Source: Haplodiscus bocki (Eukaryota). From it: 64,000 nt of DNA. Positions 62,597-64,000 of the stretch are shown here, in pieces (position 1 is the first letter of the stretch; each line of letters opens with the position of its first letter). A model generated the notes under the pieces. The model was not told the DNA's origin. It was given only the letters and a program-made list of their open reading frames with translations, and ran no database searches. The stretch is from NCBI GenBank assembly GCA_965655095.1, contig OZ296652.1:108004001-108068000 (forward strand). Reading direction: 5' to 3'. The position numbers were made by a program, and so were the translations under genes.

Positions 62597-64000
62597 TTGG
62601 GACCTCAATTTCACCTCTCTTTTTTGAAGAAACAGATTGCATGTTTACTAAGCGATCCACTGACGTACTTCTTGAAGTGTGAAAGAACTAAACTGACTCA
62701 TCTTGTGTCTTTTGACATTGATACGGAGTGGTTGCTTCTCAAAATCATAGCTGGTTATCGTGAGAACTTAGTAGTTTGTGCGTATGATTTACATTCCTCC
62801 CCAAATTAGGACTTTATCACTAATTTTGACGATCTTTTATTTGTTTTTTGGCTCCCTTGGCTCCAAATGCGCAAAAAGTTCCTTTGTCTCTTTGTTTTTC
62901 TACCGGAAAATTCAACCCCAGTTTAAAAATAGATTTTACAGTAGTTTATTTGGTTTTTGAAAATTTGCACATGGAGGGTGTATAGCAACTGATCAAAGAG
63001 GCGATAAACATAACAAAGCAAACCAAAACATTAAGTGATCACTTTCTGCTCAATCTTTTTATCAAATTTAAGGAAACTAGAACCAGGGACTTATCAATTA
63101 TTGATCCTGAAGGAGGTTTTGTCCAACTACCACTGCTGAAAATTTAACGATCAGATTTGATTTTTATGTTAAGTATTACTTTTTCAAAAATGTTCAGAGT
63201 TGTTCGGACAGTCTTATTCTACATTGAGTCTTGATTCATACTTCAATGACTTCGTTATTTCTATACAAAGCAGAGTAGATTGTCTCACAATTCAGAGGAA
63301 GGTTAGGATTTGCGAACGGAGCAGGCCCCCATGGTAGTACACTTAACAGATTCTTCTAGCTAAAAGTTTCCGGTAGTCGGAGTTTCTTGAAATTTTAGTC
63401 TGTGAAGCGAACCTAACACGGTATCGGTTGGCTGAGCAATAAATTTCGTGAGTTTAAGCTCAGAGTAAAATCCTGTTTTGTAGCAGAAGAATTGAACGAC
63501 TGATGGGTAAACCCAAATTTTCCGCAACAATTCTAAGTCGATTCTTGCATGAACACTCAAAAATCGCAGCTATCTGCAGGAAAGTCAATCTGACAAATTG
63601 AATAAATTGATTTTGTTGGCCGATTTATTAAAATTAGTGCTAATGAGGTTCTAATCGTTTCAATTGTCAATGTCGGCGATTGTGCGTTTGTTCTATATGA
63701 AACGATTGCTCTAACTTTGTGTCAGACATTCGTGGATTTGCATGTTTACATGACCGATGGTGAGAAGTAATCGTTTATATAGGCGAATAGTCCTTGGCTG
63801 GTTAGTTGATTGCCGCGCTAAACAACTGAAAACGATGTGAACACAAATCCGCCGCAAAGGTTTTGGCAATGTTCATTCGACATGATGTTTCTACAGACTT
63901 AGTGCATCAAACTTGTGGGAGTCTGAAGTGAAGTAAGGCGATGTATATAGAACATGAGAATCCATGAAATATTTGCATGGGTTGAAAGATCATCGACTGT

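Overview
AT-rich eukaryotic (probably invertebrate animal) genomic DNA with a 200-N gap at 35372-35571. No confidently supported host gene, RNA gene or CRISPR array. Most ORF-track entries are spurious or fragments of frameshifted pseudogenes. The window is a nested graveyard of mobile elements dominated by Polinton/Maverick (adintovirus-like) endogenous dsDNA virus remnants. (A) A heavily decayed + strand element at ~25400-47100 carries protein-primed DNA polymerase B, accessory ORFs, rve integrase, penton, a core-like protein and major capsid protein. (B) A younger, more AT-rich element of a different lineage starts with AGTAGT at 28443, inside A's polymerase gene. It carries an HTH protein, an adenain-like protease, two tandem penton-like paralogues, a Zn-ribbon/amphipathic-helix protein and a PSAP-motif hydrophobic protein before running into the gap. 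(C) A - strand fragment at ~19530-22600 (pPolB, packaging ATPase, integrase remnant) is cut by a Ty3/Gypsy LTR element. Also present: several CACTA/CMC-like non-autonomous DNA transposons (CCC/CAC ends, 2-bp TSD), one filled with a decayed ~119-aa tandem-repeat protein; a 326-bp near-perfect palindrome; and near-identical tandem duplications of 217 bp and 2110 bp. Protein assignments come from manual translation and motif recognition across frameshifts, not database searches, so pseudogene boundaries are approximate.
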